Positions 45,690 through 54,706 of a DNA stretch of 64,000 nucleotides are shown here, one piece after another. Source of the DNA: an uncultured Verrucomicrobiota bacterium (lineage in GTDB: Bacteria; Verrucomicrobiota; Verrucomicrobiia; Methylacidiphilales; UBA1321); the NCBI GenBank assembly GCA_903863295.1, contig CAIPBM010000028.1:45050-109049 (forward strand). Direction: 5' to 3'. Under the pieces are notes generated by a model, which ran no database searches, was not told the origin of the DNA, and worked only from the letters and a program-made list of their open reading frames with translations. The translations under genes were made by a program, and so were the position numbers. How positions within the stretch are numbered: the first letter of the stretch is position 1; every line of letters starts with the position of its first letter.

Positions 45690-47183
45690 CTACTGAATCC
45701 CGAAGACGTGGAACGAGACGTAGAGTGCCGCAGCGAAGAGGGTCGCGCCGAGGAATACGCAGACCGGTAGCGTCAGTACCCAGGCCAACAGGATGCTGAT
45801 GAGCGTGTCCCGTTGGAGGCCGGAGCGGTTCGCCGCCATGGTACCCGCCACGCCGGAAGAAAGGACGTGAGTGGTGCTGACCGGGAAGCCCATGTAATCC
45901 GCAATGCCGATGGTCGAGGCGGCAACGAGCTCGGCGGAAGCGCCCTGCGCGTAGGTCAGGTGCGCCTTGCCGATTTTTTCACCCACCGTCACCACGATCC
46001 GCTTCCAGCCGATCATCGTCCCGCAACCGAGGGCAAGCGCGACGGCCACCTTGACCCAGGTCGGGATATATTTGGTGATATCGTCGAGATCGCTATCGGT
46101 CTTTTTCAGCTGCTTGATCGAGGAGGCATCTGCAGTGATCAGGTTTTTCTTCAGGAGTTTATGGATGCTTTCATCGACGAGATAAATATCCGTGCGAAGC
46201 GTTGTGCGGTCATCGCGGACCAGTTCGCCGAAGCTTTTGACCTTCGACAGAGAATCCGCGACGTAGCCTGCCTGCTGAACAATCGCGGCGTAGGTTTTTT
46301 CCGTCGGCTTGCCGCCGCTCGGCTTCACGAAATTGGTCAGGATCGAGACCGCTTCGTCCTGGGTCACGGTGGTCGTTCCGGTCTGGCTTTGCAGCGAAGT
46401 CTCGACCTGCCGCAGCTCGGCAACGGTGGCGACAACCTTGCCCGGTTCCGTGGTCATGTTCAGGGCGAAGGCTCCCGGAACCAAGCCAACCAGGATGAGC
46501 ATGATGAGCCCCATGCCCTTTTGCCCGTCGTTCGAGCCATGGAAAAAGCTGACCAGCGTGCAGGTGCAGACCAGAACCCCGCGAATCCAGAGCGGAGGAG
46601 GCGTATCTTTTTTCGGGGCCTCATAAAGATCCTCCCGGCGAACCAGAAATTTCAGGATCAGCAACAGAAGCCCGGCGGCAAAAAATCCAAAGAGCGGGGA
46701 GATGAGCAGATACGTGAAAATCTCCTGCGCTTTGGGCCAGTTGATTCCCGCCATCCAGCCATGACCCGACATGATCGAATTGGCCACGCCCACGCCCATG
46801 ATCGAACCGATCAGCGTGTGCGAGCTCGATGCGGGAAGCCCCAGATACCATGTCCCCACGTTCCAGAGAATCGCGGAAATCAGAAGCGCAAAGATCATCG
46901 CGAATCCGGCACCGGAACCGGAGTGAAGCACCAGTTCCACCGGCAGCAGCGCCACGATGCTGTAAGCAACCGCGCCCGACGACCAAAGAACGCCCGCCAG
47001 ATTCCAGAGACCCGCCCAAACCACGGCAAACGTCGGCTTGAGGGTATTGGTATAGATGACCGTCGCGACGGCATTCGCCGTGTCATGGAAGCCGTTGACG
47101 AATTCAAAGCTCAAGGCCAGGGCCAGGGCCAGCAACAAAAAGAATCCAGCGGCAAACGTGAGTGCTTCTCCAAATAATTCCAT
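45690..47183 (-). CDS. Inorganic phosphate transporter, PiT (PHO4) family
   Basis: Signature GFHDTANAVATVIYT in the first half and GSNDGQKGMG in the second half. Large central cytoplasmic loop. Total 497 aa. Confidence 0.85.
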   Translation of the reverse strand: MELFGEALTFAAGFFLLLALALALSFEFVNGFHDTANAVATVIYTNTLKPTFAVVWAGLWNLAGVLWSSGAVAYSIVALLPVELVLHSGSGAGFAMIFALLISAILWNVGTWYLGLPASSSHTLIGSIMGVGVANSIMSGHGWMAGINWPKAQEIFTYLLISPLFGFFAAGLLLLILKFLVRREDLYEAPKKDTPPPLWIRGVLVCTCTLVSFFHGSNDGQKGMGLIMLILVGLVPGAFALNMTTEPGKVVATVAELRQVETSLQSQTGTTTVTQDEAVSILTNFVKPSGGKPTEKTYAAIVQQAGYVADSLSKVKSFGELVRDDRTTLRTDIYLVDESIHKLLKKNLITADASSIKQLKKTDSDLDDITKYIPTWVKVAVALALGCGTMIGWKRIVVTVGEKIGKAHLTYAQGASAELVAASTIGIADYMGFPVSTTHVLSSGVAGTMAANRSGLQRDTLISILLAWVLTLPVCVFLGATLFAAALYVSFHVFGIQ

Positions 47184-47331
47184 AACTCATCTCCTTCAGG
47201 CGTTAGAACTCAGCGCACTCAAAGTCTTTGCAGAGCAAAAAACCTGCGCTGAAGTGCGCCGTAGTCAGACAGCAGGCGGTGACGACATTACGTCTCAAAT
47301 GTTACAATTAGATGACTTCGCTCCAATTTGA

Positions 47332-48726
47332 TCAGAATTTTGCCCAACTCTTGATCTGCTCCGGAAACGTGCAGTCCCGGCAGCTTGAACAATCCGCCTG
47401 GCAATAATCCCGGAAGACCTGCAACAGCCCCTGTTGGATCAACCCCTCCCGCAACTGTTTCGAAGTCAGGCGCGAGGTCAGCAAGCGCTGCGAGGCAACC
47501 CGGGCGGCGCCGTTGGCCGCCGCATGGATCAGACGCATGCCCCGTTCCGCCGCCTCCGGCTCATCCAGCGAGATGATCGGCCAGAAGATATTGATCAGGA
47601 TATCATCAACCCGTTCTTCCCCGATCAAGCGGCACGGGGCCTTGAGCGGCGTGCCGGTCAGCGTCGCGTGCTTTTCCCAGAACGAATCGCGAATCCCCAG
47701 CAACACTTTCGCGAATGGCTCTGGATCGCGGGCTTTCAGCGCGCTCTGTAATTCAGGCAGGCGCGGGACGAGTTGCGCCAGTGCCGCCAACCGCCGTTCC
47801 GGTCGGTTCAAAGGACGCTGCCCCGCCAGTTTCCACTGACTCTTCGGCAACAACGCATAATCGAGTTCCCCCCGCGCCTTCCACCAGATTTCCCAGAGAT
47901 TCCGGAGCCACGCCTTCGGTTCCACGCGCAATCGCGCCACGCTTTCATCCGGCAAAAATCCCGCCAGCCCGAAGAGATGGGCCAGTCGTTCCTCATGGCT
48001 GAGGCCACGCAGCTTCGACCAGGGCAAACGCTGCGCCGTCAGCCGCATCGGAATCTGGTTCGCGTGAAAGCCCAGCGCTTCCGCCAGCGCCTCGAAGAGC
48101 ATTTGTTGCGGTCCCGCCAATTGTCGCCGCCAATACCAGCGCCGCGCCTTTTGCCTCAAGCGATACAGCCCCGCCGCGCGGAGGATTTCCGCAACCTGCT
48201 CCGCGGGCAGAGCCGCCAGCGCCGGGGAACATCGCCCCGCCATCGCGCCGGGCAGGGGACGATGCAGCACCCCCGCGCAGAGCGGTTGCAACTCCGCCCA
48301 CGGCGCCACCAATTGCGAACCCAGCACAATCTGCGGCACGCGCCGGAACGAAGCCGTCGCCGGAAAGAAAGCCTTGCTTCCTTTCGACTCCCAGACGACA
48401 TGCAGGATGGTGTCGTTATAGGCCGGATCGGCATCGTGACCATGCGCATTCCAATCACCCGGGCGCAGGTGAACCTCCACATTACCGATGGTCAGTTGCT
48501 CCTCAGATTGACCCTCCTTGCGAAACCGCGCCACCGCCCGCGTGAAGTCGGGCCCGCCCCCGTGATTCCAAAAGCCCGGCTGCACGATCTCCACCGTCCG
48601 CCCGTCATCCGTGGTTAATTCCCGCGGATAAAGCTGCTCAAACCAAAGCGCCTGCACCTCAATCTCGGAAGGCGGATTTAGGACATCCTCCCTTAATCGG
48701 CTCGATGCTGAATATTGGGAAAGCAT
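47332..48726 (-). CDS. DUF2851-family protein
   Basis: The N-terminal region EVQALWFEQLYPRELTTDDGRTVEIVQPGFWNHGGGPDFTRAV matches my recollection of the DUF2851 conserved start. Total 464 aa. Function unknown. Confidence 0.45.
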   Translation of the reverse strand: MLSQYSASSRLREDVLNPPSEIEVQALWFEQLYPRELTTDDGRTVEIVQPGFWNHGGGPDFTRAVARFRKEGQSEEQLTIGNVEVHLRPGDWNAHGHDADPAYNDTILHVVWESKGSKAFFPATASFRRVPQIVLGSQLVAPWAELQPLCAGVLHRPLPGAMAGRCSPALAALPAEQVAEILRAAGLYRLRQKARRWYWRRQLAGPQQMLFEALAEALGFHANQIPMRLTAQRLPWSKLRGLSHEERLAHLFGLAGFLPDESVARLRVEPKAWLRNLWEIWWKARGELDYALLPKSQWKLAGQRPLNRPERRLAALAQLVPRLPELQSALKARDPEPFAKVLLGIRDSFWEKHATLTGTPLKAPCRLIGEERVDDILINIFWPIISLDEPEAAERGMRLIHAAANGAARVASQRLLTSRLTSKQLREGLIQQGLLQVFRDYCQADCSSCRDCTFPEQIKSWAKF

Positions 48727-48744
48727 GGTAACTTTGATCTTTTA

Positions 48745-49506
48745 TCAAATAGTAGGCCTCGTCGTGAGAGACTGCTTGTCTGCTGCGAGATAAAGATCAG
48801 GCCGACTATGCCATTCATGTTCTATCTCTCTCATGACTAGCGCACTATCAAGTGTGACCGAGCCTCTGGGAAACATGGTCTCCGTTGAAAAGAATCGCGA
48901 GCGCGCTTCAAGAACCTGCAAAGGCGCAATGGTCCAATTAAGTGAGCGTAGTTCCATTCCGTGATAATGGCCGGGAGTATGCGTTGCAGAATAGCCCGTG
49001 GCACCGAGTGAGAAAAAATTGGCTGCTGCCGTGAGGGAGGGGAAAATGCTTGTCGAGTTAAGGTCTTCTGCGGTAGTTGCCGAAATTGCTGCTTCCTCTT
49101 CCCCATCCTCACGCACAATTTGAATGCTCAGCGATGATGGCGTTTCATGCACCTTGAAGTTGCTGCGATGGAAAATTCCTGGGAAAACCCGTCCTCCAAA
49201 GGCTTTATTAAAAACGGAGTTAGTGTCACGTCGCGGAATGAAAACTCCTTCCATTTCTTTACCGTCTTGGCTCCACTCAACTGCAAAACGATGGGCGGCG
49301 TTCTCTGAATTAAATCCTAACCACGAGGGCATTAGTCTCGGACGCAAATGCTGAAAACGAATCATGCAAATACCTCCTATACCCCAGCCTGAATATAATT
49401 TCGGACGATAAGGAGCAGGCAGTGCCCTCTGAAGAATTGCAGAATCAATGCGATAGTTTAGCAGCACCCTTCGACCGATGATTCCGTGAATAGTATCAAG
49501 TAGCAT
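48745..49506 (-). CDS. DUF2071-like (acetoacetate-decarboxylase-fold) protein
   Basis: The start GRRVLLNYRIDSAILQRALPAPYRP ... GWGIGGICMIRF resembles the DUF2071 N-terminus. Total 253 aa. Only 18 nt separate it from the upstream DUF2851 gene. Confidence 0.4.
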   Translation of the reverse strand: MLLDTIHGIIGRRVLLNYRIDSAILQRALPAPYRPKLYSGWGIGGICMIRFQHLRPRLMPSWLGFNSENAAHRFAVEWSQDGKEMEGVFIPRRDTNSVFNKAFGGRVFPGIFHRSNFKVHETPSSLSIQIVREDGEEEAAISATTAEDLNSTSIFPSLTAAANFFSLGATGYSATHTPGHYHGMELRSLNWTIAPLQVLEARSRFFSTETMFPRGSVTLDSALVMREIEHEWHSRPDLYLAADKQSLTTRPTI

Positions 49507-49713
49507 AGATATTTTCTGGCAGTTTGTATCGGCCTCAAAATCGTATAAACAAGGTTTATTCTAAATGGCGTGTTTTACGAATTTTAAATGACGCCTAGAA
49601 AGCCTTCTGCCAGTTATTTGAAGTTCACCACTCTACGATCATTTGCCCTTTGGCTTTCATGCTCGTAACTTGAAAATCGGCTTCATTCCCCGCATAACTC
49701 TATCCCTCGCGCC

Positions 49714-50925
49714 ATGAAAACTCCCCTCTTCGGTACTCTGGTCTTGAGTCTGCTCGCCTTGGCCGCCATCTCAGTGGGCCGGGCGCAAACGCCGCCCCTC
49801 AATCCTCCGCCCGATGCCGCGACCAACACGCCTCCTCCCGCCCTCACCACGCCGCAGGGCAAAGTCCCGCCACCGCCCGGCCAGGTGGATATCGCCAGCG
49901 AACCCACCGTCAAGGTCGTCGCCAATGTCCTCCCCGCCGTGGTCAATATCACTGCGCAGGAAACCGTTCCAGAATACGTCACCGCTTACGACCAATACTT
50001 CCGCCTCTACCGCGGCGTCCGCAATAAAACCGAGCAAAGCATCGGTTCCGGTCTCCTCATTTCGGTGGATGGTTATATCATCACCAATGCCCATGTCGTC
50101 GCTATGGCCGATCGCGAGAAAGAGGTCAGCATCACCCTCTCCACCGGCTCCAAATACCAGGCCCAAATCATCAGTGAGGACGACGACCAGGACCTCGCCC
50201 TGCTCAAGGTCGAGGACAAGACCGTCCAGTTCCCCTATTTCGATCTCACCTACACCTCACCCAATTACCTCGGCGAAACCGTTATCGCCCTCGGCAGTCC
50301 CGCCGGTTACCAGAACTCGGTCAGCCAGGGAATTCTCAGCGCCAAGGGCCGCACCTTCACCGTGCAGGATCACGTTTACAAGAACCTCATCCAGACCGAT
50401 GCCGCCATCAATCCCGGCAATAGCGGCGGACCCCTCGTTGACATGAACGGCGGCCTCGTCGGGATCAATTCCGCCAAGCTCGCCGGGCAGGCCATCGAAA
50501 GCATCGGCTTCGCCATCCCGCACGACATCGTTGTCTCCTGGGCCAACGATGCCATGGCCGTGGCCAAGGGAAGCAAGCCTGCCGCCGCGCCGGGCATTAC
50601 CGCCGCCCAGAGCCTGCACGATCACCTCGGTCTCAGCGTCAAGACCCTCACCGCCGACAACGCTGCCGCCCTCAACCTGCAACTCGCCGGGGGACTTCTC
50701 ATCACTCACGTCGAGGACAACACCTCCGCCGCCAAGGCCGGTCTGCGTGAAGGCATGATCATCGTCGCCCTCGGTAACCGCCAGATTGTTGACGAAAAAA
50801 GCCTTCCCCGCGAACTGCTCCACGTCCAGCCCGGCGATCCCGTCCGGCTCCAGGTGATCTACACCTCAACCCTCGGCCCCCTCACCATCCAGCGCGGCGG
50901 CACGGTCATGCTCACGGCGAATTAA
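49714..50925 (+). CDS. HtrA/DegP-family periplasmic serine protease with a PDZ domain
   Basis: Signal peptide. Catalytic blocks GSGLLISVDGYIITNAHVV (His), D..LLKV (Asp) and TDAAINPGNSGGPLVDMNGGLVGIN (Ser). C-terminal PDZ domain (LGLSVKTLT ... GMIIVALGNRQI). Confidence 0.85.
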   Translation: MKTPLFGTLVLSLLALAAISVGRAQTPPLNPPPDAATNTPPPALTTPQGKVPPPPGQVDIASEPTVKVVANVLPAVVNITAQETVPEYVTAYDQYFRLYRGVRNKTEQSIGSGLLISVDGYIITNAHVVAMADREKEVSITLSTGSKYQAQIISEDDDQDLALLKVEDKTVQFPYFDLTYTSPNYLGETVIALGSPAGYQNSVSQGILSAKGRTFTVQDHVYKNLIQTDAAINPGNSGGPLVDMNGGLVGINSAKLAGQAIESIGFAIPHDIVVSWANDAMAVAKGSKPAAAPGITAAQSLHDHLGLSVKTLTADNAAALNLQLAGGLLITHVEDNTSAAKAGLREGMIIVALGNRQIVDEKSLPRELLHVQPGDPVRLQVIYTSTLGPLTIQRGGTVMLTAN

Positions 50926-51002
50926 CCCTCCCGTCGTCGCAGGATCGAAGCTGTTTCCGAATCTTTTTGCGCTCACGTTTGCAAACCTGCTAGTTTAGTG
51001 GC

Positions 51003-51593
51003 GTGATGATTTTCTCTTCCTTCATCGGTCAATGGAGCGACGAGTCAATGGCCCTCAATATTTTCTGGGGCATCGGCCTTCTGGGCCTTCTTCTCATCAT
51101 CCTTCAAGCCATGTTTGGCATGCTCGTCGGTCATGATGGTGACACAAGTTCCAGTGGCAGCGTCGATGTCGAGGGTGGACACGGCGGAGGAGGAAGCATT
51201 GTCTCCATCAAGACGATCTCGGCCATGTTGCTCGGTTTTGGTTTTGGTGGCGCCATCCTCACGAAGAACGGCTTTTCGGTGGGACTCGCGGCCTTGGGCG
51301 GACTCGGAATCGGACTCGTCATCGGTGGCGGCTATTTCGTGCTCATGAGCTCCCTCTATCGTCTCCGTTCCGACGGCACCTCCGTTTTGGCCGAGGCCAT
51401 TAATCGTAGCGCCACGGTTTATCTCCGTGTCCCGGGTAATCTGTCCGGCGCGGGAGAAATCCAGGTCGCCTTTGGCGGGCGCTTACAAAATGTGCGTGCT
51501 TACACCCGCGGACTCGAACTGCCCACCAGCACCTCGGTGCGTGTCGTCGCCTTGCATGGGGACAGCGCGCTCCTTGTGGAAAAGCTTTCGTAA
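51003..51593 (+). CDS. NfeD-family membrane protein (flotillin-associated)
   Basis: Gly-rich TM helices followed by a C-terminal OB-fold-like beta domain (YLRVPGNLSGAGEIQVAFGGRLQNVRAY). Immediately upstream of an SPFH/flotillin gene. The start may be the internal Met at 51048. Confidence 0.65.
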   Translation: MMIFSSFIGQWSDESMALNIFWGIGLLGLLLIILQAMFGMLVGHDGDTSSSGSVDVEGGHGGGGSIVSIKTISAMLLGFGFGGAILTKNGFSVGLAALGGLGIGLVIGGGYFVLMSSLYRLRSDGTSVLAEAINRSATVYLRVPGNLSGAGEIQVAFGGRLQNVRAYTRGLELPTSTSVRVVALHGDSALLVEKLS

Positions 51594-51616
51594 TCGTTAG
51601 TCATCACTGAAAAAAT

Positions 51617-53056
51617 ATGGACCTTATTTACGTTTATCTCATCGGCGGTGCCGCCCTGCTTCTCTTCACCGCTTTCATCGGCTTTCTGACCCGTTACAAA
51701 AGGTGTCCTTCAGATCGTGTCCTTGTGATTTATGGAAGGGTTGGAGAGGGGAGAAGCGCCCGCTGCATGCATGGCGGGGCGGCCTTCATCCTGCCTATCG
51801 TTCAGGATTACCAGTTCCTCGATTTGCGCCCGATGTCGATCGACATCCAGTTGAATAACGCGCTCTCCAAGCAAAACATCCGGGTCAGTGTTCCCTCCAC
51901 ATTTACCATCGGGGTTACCACCGATCCCGAAAAGATGGGTAACGCCGCCGAGCGTCTCCTCGGCCTCAACAGTGGTCAGATCACTCAGCTCGCCAAGGAA
52001 ATCATCTTCGGCCAGATGAGGCAGGTGGTCGCGGCCATGCGGATTGAGGAGATCAACGCGGATCGTGATCAACTCATCGAGGCCATCACCAACAACATCA
52101 GCACCGAGCTCGAAAAAGTCGGCTTGCGCCTCATCAACGTCAATATTCAGGATGTCACCGATGAGTCGGGCTACATCGAGGCCCTCGGCAAGGAAGCCTC
52201 CGCCAAGGCCATCGCCGATGCCAAGATCAAGGTTGCCCAGGCGGAGCGCGATGCCGAAATTGGCAAGGCCGTTGCCGACAAGGAAATGACCGTAAGCGTG
52301 GCCAGCGCCCAGGCCGATGCCACCCAGGGCAAGAATCAGGCGCAGCAACAAATCGCCCAGTCCAATGCCGATCTCCGGATCAAGCAGGCGGAAGCCGCCC
52401 GCACCGCGCAAGTGGCGGAAAATGTCGCCAAGGCCGACGTGGAACGCCAGACCTTCGACGCCGAAGGCAAGGCTCAGGAAGCCCGCGCCGAGATGCAGCG
52501 CAAGCAACAATATGCCGAGCAGGTGGTTCCTGCCGAGATCGCCCGCGAATCGGTCGTCGTCAATGCCCAGGCCGCCGCGCAGCAGGTCAACATCGCCGCT
52601 GAGGCCGAAGGCAAACGCATGATCACCATCAAACAGGCGGAAGCCGTCGCCGCCGAAGCCGAAGCCAAGAAAATTCTTGCCCTCAAACAGGCGGAAGGCG
52701 CTGGTATCAAGGCCGTCCTGGAAGGCCGCGCGGAAGGGTTCCGGCAACTTGTCGCCTCCGCCGGTGGCAACGCCAGCGAGGCCGTGGTCGTGCTTGTCGC
52801 CGATCAACTGCCCGCCTTGGTCGATTCCCAGATGAAGGGCATCTCCAATCTCAAGATCGACAAAATCGTCGTCTGGGGTGGTGGTGAGGCGGGTGACAAG
52901 GGAGGAGTCTCGAAACTCCTCAAGGACTTGATCACCGGCCTGCCTCCTGTCACCGATCTCGCCAAGGCCGCAGGTATCGAACTTCCACCCGTCCTGGGAC
53001 GTGTGAGCTCCTCGGACGTCACCCCTGCACCCGCAGAACCGTCTTCGCCGAAATAG
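51617..53056 (+). CDS. Flotillin-like SPFH (band 7) domain protein
   Basis: N-terminal TM helix, SPFH domain (RCPSDRVLVIYGRVGEG ... ILPIVQDYQFLDLRPMSIDI), and a long Ala/Glu/Gln-rich coiled-coil flotillin-type C-terminus. Confidence 0.8.
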   Translation: MDLIYVYLIGGAALLLFTAFIGFLTRYKRCPSDRVLVIYGRVGEGRSARCMHGGAAFILPIVQDYQFLDLRPMSIDIQLNNALSKQNIRVSVPSTFTIGVTTDPEKMGNAAERLLGLNSGQITQLAKEIIFGQMRQVVAAMRIEEINADRDQLIEAITNNISTELEKVGLRLINVNIQDVTDESGYIEALGKEASAKAIADAKIKVAQAERDAEIGKAVADKEMTVSVASAQADATQGKNQAQQQIAQSNADLRIKQAEAARTAQVAENVAKADVERQTFDAEGKAQEARAEMQRKQQYAEQVVPAEIARESVVVNAQAAAQQVNIAAEAEGKRMITIKQAEAVAAEAEAKKILALKQAEGAGIKAVLEGRAEGFRQLVASAGGNASEAVVVLVADQLPALVDSQMKGISNLKIDKIVVWGGGEAGDKGGVSKLLKDLITGLPPVTDLAKAAGIELPPVLGRVSSSDVTPAPAEPSSPK

Positions 53057-53124
53057 AAAAGCCGTCCCGCGCCACTTGATCCGGGACTCCCTCAGCCAGC
53101 TTCATCAAGCTGGCCAGCACCGGT

Positions 53125-54285
53125 TCACCCCACCTGCATGATCGACGGCTTGAGCAATTCCCATTGCCAGGCGCACCAGCGGTTCTCACCGATGAGGCGA
53201 TCCGGGGCGGTATCCGGATTGCGCGCCACGTCCTGAAGCGTCGATTTGGGCGCGATGACCGTCGGATCAAGGCCCAGGTCAGCCGCGATCGCATCGCGAT
53301 GGAGCCGGAGCTTTTCCATGCGGACCTCGGCATCCTTGTCGCGCGGGGGACGCTCGGCCCGCGGCAGACGCGGCACGGGCGGGGCCTGGCGCCCCTTATC
53401 AATGGCATCAATGAGTCGTTCTGCCCGCTGCGGCGAAGTCCGCTGCGGCCAACGCGGTGCGCCCATCGGCGAGATTTTCGGGTTTTCCGCGCACCAGACG
53501 GCGAGGTCGAGCAGGAGCTCGTTATGCAGCACCTTGAACACGGGAAGATCGACCGACTCGGCCTCTTTCTCGCGCCAATGCCAGAGTTCCCGCACGATGG
53601 CCTGGGCCTGTGGCGAAAGCAGCGCGGAACCGGAGATGCGCCAGTCGTTCTCGGGATCGTCCTCGCGCACGATCTGGCTGGAGGCGACGACCCGGGCGCA
53701 CGATTGCTCATGCCAGGTGCGGCGTCCCTTTTCGTCGAGCAGCGCACCCAGCGCCTCGGCGATGGGCTCCAGGTACTGGGTGTCCTGCACCGCGTAATCG
53801 ATCATCATCTGGGAAAGGGGACGGCGCGACCAATCGGCCTTCTGGCTCGTCTTGTTCAAGGTGATGCCGCAAAAGCGTTCCACCAGCGCGCCATAGCCGA
53901 ACGCCTTTTCCCCGACCAGTTGCGCCGCCAGCATCGTATCAAACACGGCCTGCGGCTCGGGCGCACCCGCGCGGCGGAGCATGCGGAGATCGAAATCAGC
54001 CCCGTGGAGAATCCAGGTATGGCGACTGGTCGGCGGCCAGAGTTCATCCAGCGGGAAGGAATCAAGCGGATCAATGAGAAAGTGCTGCTCCGCGTGGGTC
54101 ACCTGGATTAGGCAGACGCTCTCGCGGTAATGGTGCAGGCTGTCCGCTTCCGTATCGAGCGCCAGCGGAAAGTAGCCGCGTAGGCTGGTAATAAAGTAGT
54201 CGAGGGCTTGCGGGGTATTGACCCAGATGAACTCGGCTTGGCTGTTTGACATAAAGACCAGCCGATCATGCGGCAACCCGCGCAT
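53125..54285 (-). CDS. rnd: Ribonuclease D (3'-5' exonuclease with HRDC domain)
   Basis: DEDDy exonuclease motifs LALDTEADSL ... HGADFDLRML ... YAVQD. C-terminal HRDC-like region. The probable true start is the Met at 54252 (MSNSQAEFIWV..). Confidence 0.8.
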   Translation of the reverse strand: MRGLPHDRLVFMSNSQAEFIWVNTPQALDYFITSLRGYFPLALDTEADSLHHYRESVCLIQVTHAEQHFLIDPLDSFPLDELWPPTSRHTWILHGADFDLRMLRRAGAPEPQAVFDTMLAAQLVGEKAFGYGALVERFCGITLNKTSQKADWSRRPLSQMMIDYAVQDTQYLEPIAEALGALLDEKGRRTWHEQSCARVVASSQIVREDDPENDWRISGSALLSPQAQAIVRELWHWREKEAESVDLPVFKVLHNELLLDLAVWCAENPKISPMGAPRWPQRTSPQRAERLIDAIDKGRQAPPVPRLPRAERPPRDKDAEVRMEKLRLHRDAIAADLGLDPTVIAPKSTLQDVARNPDTAPDRLIGENRWCAWQWELLKPSIMQVG

Positions 54286-54330
54286 AACGACAAGCGCGTT
54301 CCGAAATAACCAACATTGAAGCCCCGGAAC

Positions 54331-54610
54331 GCCGTCATCCTGAGCGGAGGCGAGCCCGGGAGTATGGGTTCAGGAAAAGATTAACCCGAGCCGCAGTCGA
54401 AGGACCTGCTTTGCTTCAAAGCGACATCTCAGTAGCACGTTATTACTTCTAGGAGAACGGCCGCTCTGCGCTCTTTGCATCTGCGGAGGACATGCCTTTT
54501 ATTTCCGCTTTTCAAATCGCCAGTCTCATGGAACTAGGTCCTTCGACTTCGGCTCGGACTACTCTTCATGCTCAGCGAAATCGCCCTCTCGCCTTCGCTC
54601 AGGATGACAG
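54331..54610. repeat. Two inverted copies of a ~75-nt module (CYGTCATCCTGAGCGRAGGCGAG - ~30 nt - CCGAGCCGMAGTCGAAGGACC), separated by 131 bp, in the 420-bp rnd-moeB intergenic region
   Basis: Left copy 54331-54406. Right copy 54538-54610 in reverse orientation. The 22-nt and 21-nt termini of each copy match with one mismatch each, while the ~30-nt centres differ. Confidence 0.65.
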
Positions 54611-54706
54611 CGTTTTTAAACAACATGGCCCCCCGAAAGGGCGGCGACTCTATACCACCACCATGGGACTTGCGATTGCCCTCTTTTGTTCCATAATGGT
54701 TAGCTC

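Noticed and set aside
45813-47177. 454-aa plus-strand ORF
   Set aside because: It is antisense to the PiT transporter, which has the GFHDTANAV and GSNDGQKGMG signatures. The antisense translation is Arg/Gly-rich and low-complexity.
47773-48618. 281-aa plus-strand ORF
   Set aside because: It is antisense to the DUF2851-family gene and is Arg/Pro-rich.
53164-54111. 315-aa plus-strand ORF
   Set aside because: It is antisense to RNase D, which has the DEDDy motifs.
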